Shown here one piece after another: positions 50,814 through 58,826 of a stretch of 64,000 bases of DNA. The notes beneath the pieces are model-generated. The model had not been told where the DNA came from. It worked only from the letters and a program-made list of their open reading frames with translations, and ran no database searches. The stretch spans positions 11,875-75,874 of the forward strand of contig CASGAD010000030.1 of the NCBI GenBank assembly GCA_949299335.1, in the 5' to 3' direction. The first letter of the stretch is position 1. Every line of letters begins with the position of its first letter. The position numbers and the translations under genes are program-made. Source of the stretch: an uncultured bacterium. GTDB lineage: Bacteria > Bacillota_I > Bacilli_A > RFN20 > CAG-826.

Positions 50814-50889
50814 TGGTGGACCCAACCAGGATCGAACTGGCGACCTCATCGTTGCGAACGATGCGTTCTCCCAACTGAACTATGGGCCC
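50814..50889 (-). tRNA. tRNA-Ala (anticodon CGC), CCA encoded
   Basis: The reverse complement GGGCCCATAGTTCAGTTGGGAGAACGCATCGTTCGCAACGATGAGGTCGCCAGTTCGATCCTGGTTGGGTCCACCA folds as a 76-nt cloverleaf. It has a 7-bp acceptor stem with G3:U70 (the Ala identity pair), anticodon loop TTCGCAA and T-loop TTCGATC. Confidence 0.9.
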
Positions 50890-51030
50890 AAGTAATGTTA
50901 TTTTATATCTTATTGAAGGTAGTAGTAAATATAAAACTATAAATATTAATTTAGTTAAATGCATGAACAGAAAGAAAATAATACTTTTAAAATACGAAAT
51001 CGTATTATAAAATTAATTAGGAGGTAAGTT

Positions 51031-51474
51031 ATGGATAGTAAATTATTTTTTCATCAATTAGGTGTAACTTTATATAGTATTGATGGAGTATATACAAATT
51101 ACATTAAAGAAAATAATATTAAATCAAGTAATGAGTTATGGATTTTATATGCTTTAAATGATGGACATAATCACTCCCAAAAAGAAATATCAGATTCATG
51201 GGATATTCCTAGAACTACAGTTAACACTATTATTAAAAATTTAGCAAAAGCTGGTTATGTGGAATTTAAAAAAATAGAAGGTGAAAGAAGAGAAATGGAA
51301 GTAGTTTTAACTGAAACTGGTAAAAACTATGCAAACTCTAAACTGGATGATTTATATAAAAAGGAAGCAAAAATCTATCAAAAAATAAAAAATCCTGAAG
51401 AATTACTAAATAGTTTAAAGGATTTATTAGATTTATTAATTTTAAATAATTTAGGAGGAAATAAAAATGAATAA
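51031..51474 (+). CDS. MarR-family transcriptional regulator
   Basis: 147 aa with the winged-HTH segment SQKEISDSWDIPRTTVNTIIKNLAKAGYVEFKKIEGERRE. RBS AGGAGG. Overlaps the next gene by 8 nt. Confidence 0.75.
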   Translation: MDSKLFFHQLGVTLYSIDGVYTNYIKENNIKSSNELWILYALNDGHNHSQKEISDSWDIPRTTVNTIIKNLAKAGYVEFKKIEGERREMEVVLTETGKNYANSKLDDLYKKEAKIYQKIKNPEELLNSLKDLLDLLILNNLGGNKNE

Positions 51475-51952
51475 CAAACTTGTCGTATATTTTAGTGCCT
51501 CAGGAGTAACTAAAATAGTTGCTCAAAAATTAGCCTCTGCTTTAAAAAGTAATATATATGAAATCGAACCAGTTAATCCTTATACAGATAAAGATTTAGA
51601 TTGGAGAAATTCTAAATCAAGAAGTTCATTAGAAATGAAAGATCCTGCTTCTAGACCTCAAATTAAAAATAAGATTTTAAATTTCTCTAGTTATAAATAT
51701 ATATTTATAGGTTTTCCAATATGGTGGTATAGAGAACCATCAATTATTGATACTTTTTTAGAAAGTTATGATTTTACTAATAAAATTATTATTCCATTTT
51801 ATACTTCTGGAGGAAGTGGGTTTGGTAAAACAAAAGAAAATATAAGTTCTTTAGCTAAAAATGCACTAGTTAAGGAAGACAGAAGATTTTCTATTAGCGT
51901 TGAAGAAAGTGAATTAAAGAATTGGTTTGATTCTTTATTGATTTTAGATTAA
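51467..51952 (+). CDS. Flavodoxin-family protein (cytoplasmic)
   Basis: 161 aa. VVYFSASGVTK (FMN phosphate loop), GFPIWWYREP and IIIPFYTSGGSG. Confidence 0.7.
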   Translation: MNNKLVVYFSASGVTKIVAQKLASALKSNIYEIEPVNPYTDKDLDWRNSKSRSSLEMKDPASRPQIKNKILNFSSYKYIFIGFPIWWYREPSIIDTFLESYDFTNKIIIPFYTSGGSGFGKTKENISSLAKNALVKEDRRFSISVEESELKNWFDSLLILD

Positions 51953-51963
51953 AGAGGTGAATC

Positions 51964-52545
51964 ATGAAAAAAGCAATATTATTTATCTCTTCTTTTTTAT
52001 TATTAACTTCATGTTCTAATGTTAATAAAGAAAATAATGATAGTAATGATCTAACAATAGATAGTAATAAAGTTTTAATTAGCTATTTTTCTGCTACTGG
52101 TAATACTAAAAGAATTGCTAATGTGATTAATAATGAAATTAGTGGTGATATTTATGAAATTCAACCATTAATACCTTACTCAAATGAAGATTTGGATTAT
52201 TTAGGTAGTGAATCTAGAGTTAGCAAAGAAAATAATGATGAGTCAAGTAGACCTGAAATTGGTAGTGATAAAATAGATAATTTTAATGATTATAATTATA
52301 TATTCTTAGGTTATCCAATATGGTTTGGGAAAGCTCCAAAAATAATATATACATTTTTAGAGTCATATGTTTTTAATAATAAAATTATCATTCCATTTGT
52401 TACATCATCTAGTAGTGGAATTGGAAGTAGTGCTATAAACTTAGAAGAATTAACAAGCAACTCAACATGGATGGAAGGTAGACGTTTTTCTGGTAATGAA
52501 AATGAAGAAGTAATTAAAGAATGGATATATACATTAGATATTTAG
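51964..52545 (+). CDS. Flavodoxin-family lipoprotein (exported paralog of the upstream gene)
   Basis: 193 aa. Signal peptide plus lipobox MKKAILFISSFLLLTSC, then the same flavodoxin motifs ISYFSATGNTK, GYPIWFGKAP and IIIPFVTSSSSG. Confidence 0.65.
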   Translation: MKKAILFISSFLLLTSCSNVNKENNDSNDLTIDSNKVLISYFSATGNTKRIANVINNEISGDIYEIQPLIPYSNEDLDYLGSESRVSKENNDESSRPEIGSDKIDNFNDYNYIFLGYPIWFGKAPKIIYTFLESYVFNNKIIIPFVTSSSSGIGSSAINLEELTSNSTWMEGRRFSGNENEEVIKEWIYTLDI

Positions 52546-52554
52546 TAATAAATT

Positions 52555-52851
52555 ATGAGTTTAACAGTAAATATTTTTTATAGCGGGAAAGATGGTGCAG
52601 CAATTAAATTTGCTAATGAAGTAATTGCTTCAGGATTAATTAATAGAATAAGAGCTGAAGAAGGTAATTTAGGATATGAGTATTATTTATCTATAGAAAA
52701 TAAAGAGGAAGTCTTACTTATTGATAAATGGGTTAATCAAGAAGCCTTAGATAAGCATCATAAATCTATTATGATGGAAGAAATTAATAAATTAAGAAAT
52801 AAATATAATCTTAGATTAAAAATTTATAAATATTATGACCAGGAGGAATAA
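52555..52851 (+). CDS. Antibiotic-biosynthesis-monooxygenase (ABM/Dabb) domain protein
   Basis: 98 aa with the ferredoxin-like pattern ...EEGNLGYEYYLS...LLIDKWVNQEALDKH.... Confidence 0.55.
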   Translation: MSLTVNIFYSGKDGAAIKFANEVIASGLINRIRAEEGNLGYEYYLSIENKEEVLLIDKWVNQEALDKHHKSIMMEEINKLRNKYNLRLKIYKYYDQEE

Positions 52852-52854
52852 AAT

Positions 52855-53583
52855 ATGAAAAAACAAACAGCTGGAAGAAATGAATTAGGTGAATTCGCTC
52901 CTAAGTTTGCATCATTAAATGATGATATATTATTTGGCGAGATTTGGAGTAGAGAAGACAAATTATCACTTAAAATTAGATCAGTAGTGACAATTAGTGT
53001 TTTCTTAGGTAAAGGATTAATCGACAGTTCATTAAAGTATCATATTGAAAATGCTAAAAATAATGGAGTTAGCAAGGAAGAAATGGCTGAAATAATTACC
53101 CATGCAGCTTTTTATGCTGGATGGCCTAATGCATGGGGAGCGTTTAGATATGCTAAAGAAGTTTATGCTTCTACGTTAAACGAAGAAAATCATGGTGGAC
53201 TATTTGGAATGGGTGAATTAAATAAAACATATGCAAAATACTTTATTGGTAATTCTTATTTAAAACCACTAGGAAAAGTTGGTGAAGTTTCTATTTTTAA
53301 TGTTACTTTTGAACCAGGTGCTAGAAATAATTGGCATATCCATAAAGCAAGTAAAAATGGAGGACAAATGTTAATTTGTGTAGAAGGAGAAGGTTATTAT
53401 CAAGAAGAAGGAAAAGAGATTAGAAAATTATATCCAGGAGATATAGTAACTATACCAAGTAATGTTAAGCATTGGCATGGTGCAAGTAAAGATAGTTGGT
53501 TCTCCCATTTAGCAATAGAAATTCCTGGTGAAGATACTTCAACAGTTTGGTTAGAGCCAGTATATAATGGAGTTTATAATTAG
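52855..53583 (+). CDS. Carboxymuconolactone decarboxylase-family domain fused to a cupin domain
   Basis: 242 aa. The N-terminal CMD-like segment is FGEIWSRE..LS.K.RS.VT...GVSKEEMAEIITHAAFYAGWPNAW. The C-terminal cupin is NNWHIH...GQMLICVEGEG...VKHWHGA. Confidence 0.65.
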   Translation: MKKQTAGRNELGEFAPKFASLNDDILFGEIWSREDKLSLKIRSVVTISVFLGKGLIDSSLKYHIENAKNNGVSKEEMAEIITHAAFYAGWPNAWGAFRYAKEVYASTLNEENHGGLFGMGELNKTYAKYFIGNSYLKPLGKVGEVSIFNVTFEPGARNNWHIHKASKNGGQMLICVEGEGYYQEEGKEIRKLYPGDIVTIPSNVKHWHGASKDSWFSHLAIEIPGEDTSTVWLEPVYNGVYN

Positions 53584-53606
53584 TTAAATTAAAAAGTTTT
53601 TATATA

Positions 53607-53636
53607 AAGTTGTTAAGTTCACTTAACAACTTTTTT
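53607..53636 (+). terminator. Rho-independent terminator of the MarR-flavodoxin operon
   Basis: Stem AAGTTGTTAAGT/ACTTAACAACTT followed by a T6 run. Confidence 0.7.
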
Positions 53637-53716
53637 AACAACTATAAGTTTTATATAAATATTGTAATGAAGTTAAATACATCTAGTAGTGATTGATTTA
53701 TTATATTAATTAGATT

Positions 53717-54634
53717 ATGCGTTACTTATTTTTTGATATTGAAAGTGCAGATGGATATGGTAAAGTTTGTGAATTTGGTTATGTAATTACCGATACTTCT
53801 TTTAACGTATTAAAAAAGCATAATATTTTAATAAATCCTAATGGTAAATTTAAATTTAGACATTCATTTATAGGTAAAGGATTTAAATTAACTTATGACT
53901 ATGACGAATACTATAAACATAAAACTTTTGATAATTATTATTCAAATATAAAGTATTTACTAACTCAAAAAGATATATTAATTTTTGGATTTTCTAGTTT
54001 ATCTGATATTTTATTTTTATCTACTGATTGTTTAAAATACGGCTTTCCTTTAATTAATTTTAAAGTGTTTGATATACAAAAATTAGTTTTAAAATATTAT
54101 AAAGATCTAGCATCCTTATCTAAAGGAGCAACCTTTTTAGTTAATGAAAATGAATTAACTAATTTAAAAGAACATAATGCTTTAGATGATGCTTATAAAA
54201 CTATGCTTCTATTAAAGAATTTAATAAGTTTAAATTCTTTAAATATTGAAGATATTATAAAAGAGAATGATGGATTTAAATTGGATGCTATAAAAGAATT
54301 TAAGGTAGCTAAAGAACATGAAAAGCGTAAATTAATGTTAAAAAAAGCGCAAAACGAACTTGAAAATAGTTATTTAGTGGATGCTAATGAAATTGATTTA
54401 AAAAAGAAAGAAGGAAAATTAATAACATTATATGGAACAATTAAAACTGATAGTGAGTTAATTAATTTATCAATAAAATTAGTAAATCAAAAAGGTTACT
54501 ATTTAGTTAAAAATCTTATAAATGCTAATTACTTATTAGTTAGTGATAGTGATAATAAAGAAGAAGTTAGGAATAATATAAATAGTGAGTATGTGCTTAC
54601 TATAATAAATCTTAATGAGTTAAAAGATCAATAG
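53717..54634 (+). CDS. DEDDh 3'-5' exonuclease (DnaQ-like) with a C-terminal BRCT-like domain
   Basis: 305 aa. Exo I is FFDIESAD and Exo III is HNALDDAYKT. The C-terminal segment GKLITLYGTIKTD...YLLVSDSDNKEE resembles BRCT. Confidence 0.65.
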   Translation: MRYLFFDIESADGYGKVCEFGYVITDTSFNVLKKHNILINPNGKFKFRHSFIGKGFKLTYDYDEYYKHKTFDNYYSNIKYLLTQKDILIFGFSSLSDILFLSTDCLKYGFPLINFKVFDIQKLVLKYYKDLASLSKGATFLVNENELTNLKEHNALDDAYKTMLLLKNLISLNSLNIEDIIKENDGFKLDAIKEFKVAKEHEKRKLMLKKAQNELENSYLVDANEIDLKKKEGKLITLYGTIKTDSELINLSIKLVNQKGYYLVKNLINANYLLVSDSDNKEEVRNNINSEYVLTIINLNELKDQ

Positions 54635-54650
54635 TTAAGGGGGGGAAATA

Positions 54651-55489
54651 ATGATTAAGTTATTAGATGTACTATCAATAAATGAAAAAGATTATAAAAA
54701 ATATAAGGTCCATTTTGCTATCGGTAGTAAGGATTCTTTTGAACCTAAATTAGCTTTTTAAATGGCAATTTTAATTATTGGCAAAGTATACAGAATAATA
54801 AAAATTTTGAAAGACCATATGTTATATCTTTAATTTATTTAGGAAATTCTAAGTGGTTATTTGCTGGAGTATTTAAAGTTAATGGAAAACCTCATAATAT
54901 ATTTGAAAATAATAAAGATAGGTTGATGTATGATTTAGAACTTTTAGATATTCAACAAGACTTAATAGGTAGAATTATTGTTCATTATCAAAAATCATTT
55001 CGTAATGCCTATCCTACTCTTGAACTTAAACCTAAAGGTGGGATAGAAGTAGCGAATATGGAAATATATTCGATAAACGAGGATAAACTTAAAATTGAAG
55101 ATTTTCCAGGATTTGATAATGTCTTGATTTCTTATAAAACGCTTAAGACTATATTTGAAAAGAATATACCATCTTGGAAAGATGCTTTATCAAATGTAAA
55201 AGGAGTTTATTTAATCGTAGATAATAAAAGCGGAAAGATGTATGTAGGTTCAGCTTATGGAGAGGATTGTATATGGAGCAGATGGAAAACATATGCAACT
55301 AATGGACATGGCGGTAATAAAAAATTAAAAGAGTTATTAACTAAATATGGAGAAGATTATAAAAATAATTTTTCTTATTCTGTATTAGAAGTATCTAACC
55401 TTAATTTAGGTAATGATTATATTATTTTAAGAGAATCACACTGGAAAGATGTATTAATGACTAGAAAATTTGGATTAAACGAAAATTAA
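54651..55489 (+). pseudogene. GIY-YIG nuclease family gene disrupted by a frameshift in a T5 run
   Basis: The ATG at 54651 (RBS AAGGGGGGG) reads 36 codons to the TAA at 54759-54761. The frame one base behind is open from 54749 through the track ORF (54923..55489). The two frames overlap exactly at TTTTT (54755-54759). The downstream part has the GIY-YIG core KGVYLIVDNKSGKMYVGSAYG...RW..Y. Confidence 0.7.
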
Positions 55490-55529
55490 ATTAGATTTTG
55501 CATGGTTTTTATTTTAAAATTTAATTATT

Positions 55530-55967
55530 ATGAGAAAGAAATTTGAAAATTATGAACTGCTATTAGGTCAAATAATTACTTATTATCAATTAATTGAGTA
55601 TGATTTAAAAGTAGTATATTTAATTATTTATAATAAAAAATTTAATGATAATATCAAGTTTAAGCAATTAAGATTTAATGGATTAGGTGATGTTATTAAT
55701 GAGTTAGAAAAACTTGATAACTTTGACAATAAACCATTTTTTGTTGCTAGTGACTATGCATTACTTAAAAGCCTTGCTAAGAAAAGAAATGACTATTGTC
55801 ATAAAAGTGTTATCAATTTTGCTTATATTAAAGATTTTGAAAAGTCTGAGGAATTTTTAAATGCTTTTAAAGAACTTTATAATGACACTAAAGTTTTAAA
55901 TTATTATCAAAATGAGATTGAAAAAATCAGAATTAAACTAGTCAAAAGAAATAACTTTATAAACTAA
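55530..55967 (+). CDS. Small alpha-helical protein with an Rx4H (HEPN-like) motif, unknown function
   Basis: 145 aa. The sequence LAKKRNDYCHKSV contains R-N-D-Y-C-H, which fits the HEPN RNase motif R[NDH]xxxH. No other recognisable domain. Confidence 0.35.
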   Translation: MRKKFENYELLLGQIITYYQLIEYDLKVVYLIIYNKKFNDNIKFKQLRFNGLGDVINELEKLDNFDNKPFFVASDYALLKSLAKKRNDYCHKSVINFAYIKDFEKSEEFLNAFKELYNDTKVLNYYQNEIEKIRIKLVKRNNFIN

Positions 55968-56011
55968 TTTAAATATTTAATTTTTATCTATTTCTAAAGT
56001 AAAATAGAATT

Positions 56012-56737
56012 ATGATAAAAATCGCAATTATTGATGATAACATAGATGATATTAAATCACTGAAAAACTGTTTATTAGATTTTATTAATGAGAAAAAAGA
56101 TTTGTCTTTAAAATTTGATGTTATTGAGTTTACTGACCCAAAAGCTTTTTTATCTAGTGAAATAAAAAATTATAACTTGATATTTTTAGACATTGAGATG
56201 CCTTCAATTAACGGGTTAGATTTAGCCAAAAAGATTAGAGAAAAAAATGATTCAGTAGCTTTAGTCTTTATCACTAATATGGCTCAATACGCATTAAATG
56301 GATATGAGGTAAATGCTATTGATTTTATGGTAAAACCATTAAATTATTTTGACTTTAGCTTAAAATTTAAAAAAATTATCAAATATATTGAAAGAAACTA
56401 TGATTATTCATTAACTATTAAAAATGGAGAAAATGATTTAATTAGATTTAATACCAATGAAATAATTTATGTAGAAATATTTTCTCATTATCTATTATTT
56501 CATTTAAAAGATAATGTTATTAAAGTAAGAGGTACAATGAACGATATAGAAGAAAAACTTTCAGCATTTAGTTTTGTTAGAATTGCTAAATCTTTTTTAA
56601 TAAATCTTAAATACATAAAAAATATAAAAGGTGAAAAAGTAATTTTGTCTGATGACACTGAACTTTCTATTTCTAGGCTAAGAAAAACAGAGTTTATGAA
56701 TAAGTTTTATAAATATATCGGTGGAGGTTTGAATTAA
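56012..56737 (+). CDS. LytTR-family response regulator (module B, paralog of 43146..43862)
   Basis: 241 aa. LIFLDIEMPSINGLDLAK, YALNGYEVNAIDFMVKP (near-identical block in module A) and a LytTR domain IIYVEIFSHYLLFHL...FVRIAKSFLINL. Confidence 0.85.
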   Translation: MIKIAIIDDNIDDIKSLKNCLLDFINEKKDLSLKFDVIEFTDPKAFLSSEIKNYNLIFLDIEMPSINGLDLAKKIREKNDSVALVFITNMAQYALNGYEVNAIDFMVKPLNYFDFSLKFKKIIKYIERNYDYSLTIKNGENDLIRFNTNEIIYVEIFSHYLLFHLKDNVIKVRGTMNDIEEKLSAFSFVRIAKSFLINLKYIKNIKGEKVILSDDTELSISRLRKTEFMNKFYKYIGGGLN

Positions 56738-58062
56738 TGGAAGTAGTCTTGGGATATATTCAAGAAACCTTTTACTCATATACAATTTTATTGGCTACTT
56801 TTTTATTAGGAACTATTTTTTTAAAAAGAAAAGATCACTTTTTAATTAAAGCATTAATAGTAATAGTTCTATTAATAGTATTTGGTGGCTCATATTATTT
56901 ATTATTTAATTTTTGCTTAATTTCTTGGCCTATTAACTATATTAAATTATTTAATACTTTTTGGTATCCAATCTTACTTATAATTTTTTATTTTGCATTC
57001 TTATTTTCTTTTAAATGTGGACGGAAAGAAGGGCTAGCTCCTTTTACAATGGGATTTTTAATTGAAACAACAGCATTTGGTTTATTTAGATTATTTATTG
57101 ATTTTGGCTTAGTTGAATTAAGAGAGTTATCTATATTTTCGGTTATTTTTGAGTTTTTAATTGAAACCATTTACATATTGCTTGTTAGCTGGGTGGTTTA
57201 TATAGAAAACAAAAAAGGTAATATAAAGTTTTATAAATATAATAAAAGTTTCGTTTTTATTATTATATTAGCTTTAATCATGTTTTTAAGATTAAACCTT
57301 CAAGCTGTTTATGAAGATGTTTATAAAATGGGAACTGGTTGGTTTATAAATCTATCTATTTGCTTAATTCCAGTAGTATTCTTAGTTTTAATATTTAGTA
57401 TATTAACTAATGAAGAACTTTCTAAAGAAAAAGCTATATTAAATAATGTTTTAATTGAAAAAGAAAAACAATATGAATTGTCTAAAGAAAATATAGATAT
57501 TATTAATAGAAAATGTCATGACATAAAGTATCAATTAAAATCATTAAATTTAGTAGATAGCAATGATAAAAAAGAAATCATTGAGGAATTAAGTAATACT
57601 ATTTCGATTTATGATACAACTATTGAAACAGGTAACATTGCATTAAATGCTGTTTTAATTGAAAAGAGTTTATATTGTGTTTCCCATAGAATAAAGTTTA
57701 GTAAAATCATTGATGGTAAAAAGTTAGATTTTATGAATCAGGTTGATATTTATACTCTTTTTGGAAATATAATTGATAATGCTATTGAAGCAGTAGATAA
57801 AATTGAAAACCAAGATAAAAGAGTCATTAGTTTAGTTAGTAATATAAATGCTAATTATTTAACTATTAGGGTAGATAACTATTTTGTCGGTCAATTAAAT
57901 ATTGAAAATAATACAATTAAAACATCAAAAAAGGACAAAACTAGACATGGTTTTGGCACTCAAAGTATTAAATTTATTACAGAAAAGTATAATGGAAATG
58001 TTTTAATGAAAGTTGAAGATGATATTTTCATATTAGTTTTATCTTTCCCTATAAATAATTAA
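56737..58062 (+). CDS. AgrC-like GHKL sensor histidine kinase (module B, paralog of 43864..45195)
   Basis: 441 aa, polytopic N-terminus, H-box INRKCHDIKYQLKSL, N-box LFGNIIDNAIEA and G-box HGFGTQSI. The start overlaps the regulator stop (ATG within TAATGG). Confidence 0.8.
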   Translation: MEVVLGYIQETFYSYTILLATFLLGTIFLKRKDHFLIKALIVIVLLIVFGGSYYLLFNFCLISWPINYIKLFNTFWYPILLIIFYFAFLFSFKCGRKEGLAPFTMGFLIETTAFGLFRLFIDFGLVELRELSIFSVIFEFLIETIYILLVSWVVYIENKKGNIKFYKYNKSFVFIIILALIMFLRLNLQAVYEDVYKMGTGWFINLSICLIPVVFLVLIFSILTNEELSKEKAILNNVLIEKEKQYELSKENIDIINRKCHDIKYQLKSLNLVDSNDKKEIIEELSNTISIYDTTIETGNIALNAVLIEKSLYCVSHRIKFSKIIDGKKLDFMNQVDIYTLFGNIIDNAIEAVDKIENQDKRVISLVSNINANYLTIRVDNYFVGQLNIENNTIKTSKKDKTRHGFGTQSIKFITEKYNGNVLMKVEDDIFILVLSFPINN

Positions 58063-58085
58063 GTCAAAAATGTATTTCACGCCTA

Positions 58086-58124
58086 AAAGAAACCATTTCA
58101 TGCCAAATGGTTTCTTTTTCGTTT
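58086..58124 (+). terminator. Rho-independent terminator after the module B kinase
   Basis: 13-bp perfect stem AAAGAAACCATTT/AAATGGTTTCTTT with loop CATGCC, then TTTTC GTTTT. Confidence 0.8.
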
Positions 58125-58144
58125 TGTAAAAGTAGAATACAAAT

Positions 58145-58158
58145 AGAAAGCGCTTACA
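58145..58158. promoter_or_regulatory. cre-like CcpA operator in front of the module B lipoprotein/GH3 genes
   Basis: AGAAAGCGCTTACA has one mismatch (position 1) to TGWAANCGNTNWCA. It shares the AAGCGCTTACATT core with the module A site. Confidence 0.5.
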
Positions 58159-58195
58159 TTAGTTATTAAGTAAGCTTAATTAGAGGAGATTAAAT

Positions 58196-58744
58196 ATGAA
58201 AAAAAGATCAATTTTATCATTCGTAGCAGCATTAACATTTGTTGGTGGTGCATTCATTGGATTAACTTCATGTGGTGAAGAAGCTGCAGTTATTGAAAAT
58301 AACTACGCTTATGGAGAAGTTAATTCAAATGCTTATGGTGGTAGCACAACTGATGTTTATAGTTTAAACTTTTATTCTGATTCAACGTATGAATTAGTTA
58401 AATCAACTTTAACTATTGGTTATGGAATGAATTTAGGAACAACAACTCTTGAAGTATATGGAACATATACAGTCGGTACTTCAGAAGATGGATGGACATC
58501 ATATGCTTTATCTACTGCTGATCGAATTGTTTTAAATTCGTATAGTGATATGGGTGGTTTTGCTTTATATCTTGATACAGATAGTAGTTCTCAAACATAT
58601 CCTGCTGAGATTCCTGCTGAAACTGAAGGTGAAAAAGTTTATGTAAATAGCAAAGAAGAAGCTATTGAAAAATTTGGCAAGGAAACAACGGTCTATATCA
58701 GCGATACAAATCATAAATTTGTATTATCAAATCCAAACGCTTAA
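58196..58744 (+). CDS. Small lipoprotein, unknown function (module B)
   Basis: 182 aa. Signal peptide plus lipobox MKKRSILSFVAALTFVGGAFIGLTSC. The mature part is Ser/Thr/Tyr/Gly-rich. RBS AGAGGAG. Confidence 0.6.
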   Translation: MKKRSILSFVAALTFVGGAFIGLTSCGEEAAVIENNYAYGEVNSNAYGGSTTDVYSLNFYSDSTYELVKSTLTIGYGMNLGTTTLEVYGTYTVGTSEDGWTSYALSTADRIVLNSYSDMGGFALYLDTDSSSQTYPAEIPAETEGEKVYVNSKEEAIEKFGKETTVYISDTNHKFVLSNPNA

Positions 58745-58754
58745 TTTTTTAGTG

Positions 58755-58796
58755 TAGAAAAATCCTAGAAATATACTAGGATTTTTCTATAATTTT
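58755..58796 (+). terminator. Strong hairpin (terminator or attenuator) between the lipoprotein and GH3 genes of module B
   Basis: Perfect 14-bp stem TAGAAAAATCCTAG/CTAGGATTTTTCTA with a 7-nt loop. Only a weak T tract follows (TAATTTT). Confidence 0.5.
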
Positions 58797-58826
58797 ACGA
58801 AAAAACTTGCAAAAAGAGGTTAAATT

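Noticed and set aside
50773-50964. 63-aa minus-strand ORF
   Set aside because: It overlaps the tRNA-Ala gene (50814..50889) on the same strand. The apparent coding frame is explained by the tRNA sequence.
58074-58104. Direct repeat ATTTCACGCC / ATTTCATGCC with 21-bp spacing, considered as the LytTR binding site of module B
   Set aside because: The second copy is the right end of the left stem plus the loop of the perfect 13-bp terminator hairpin (58086-58117). The similarity may therefore be incidental. It is kept only as a weak possibility inside the module B finding.
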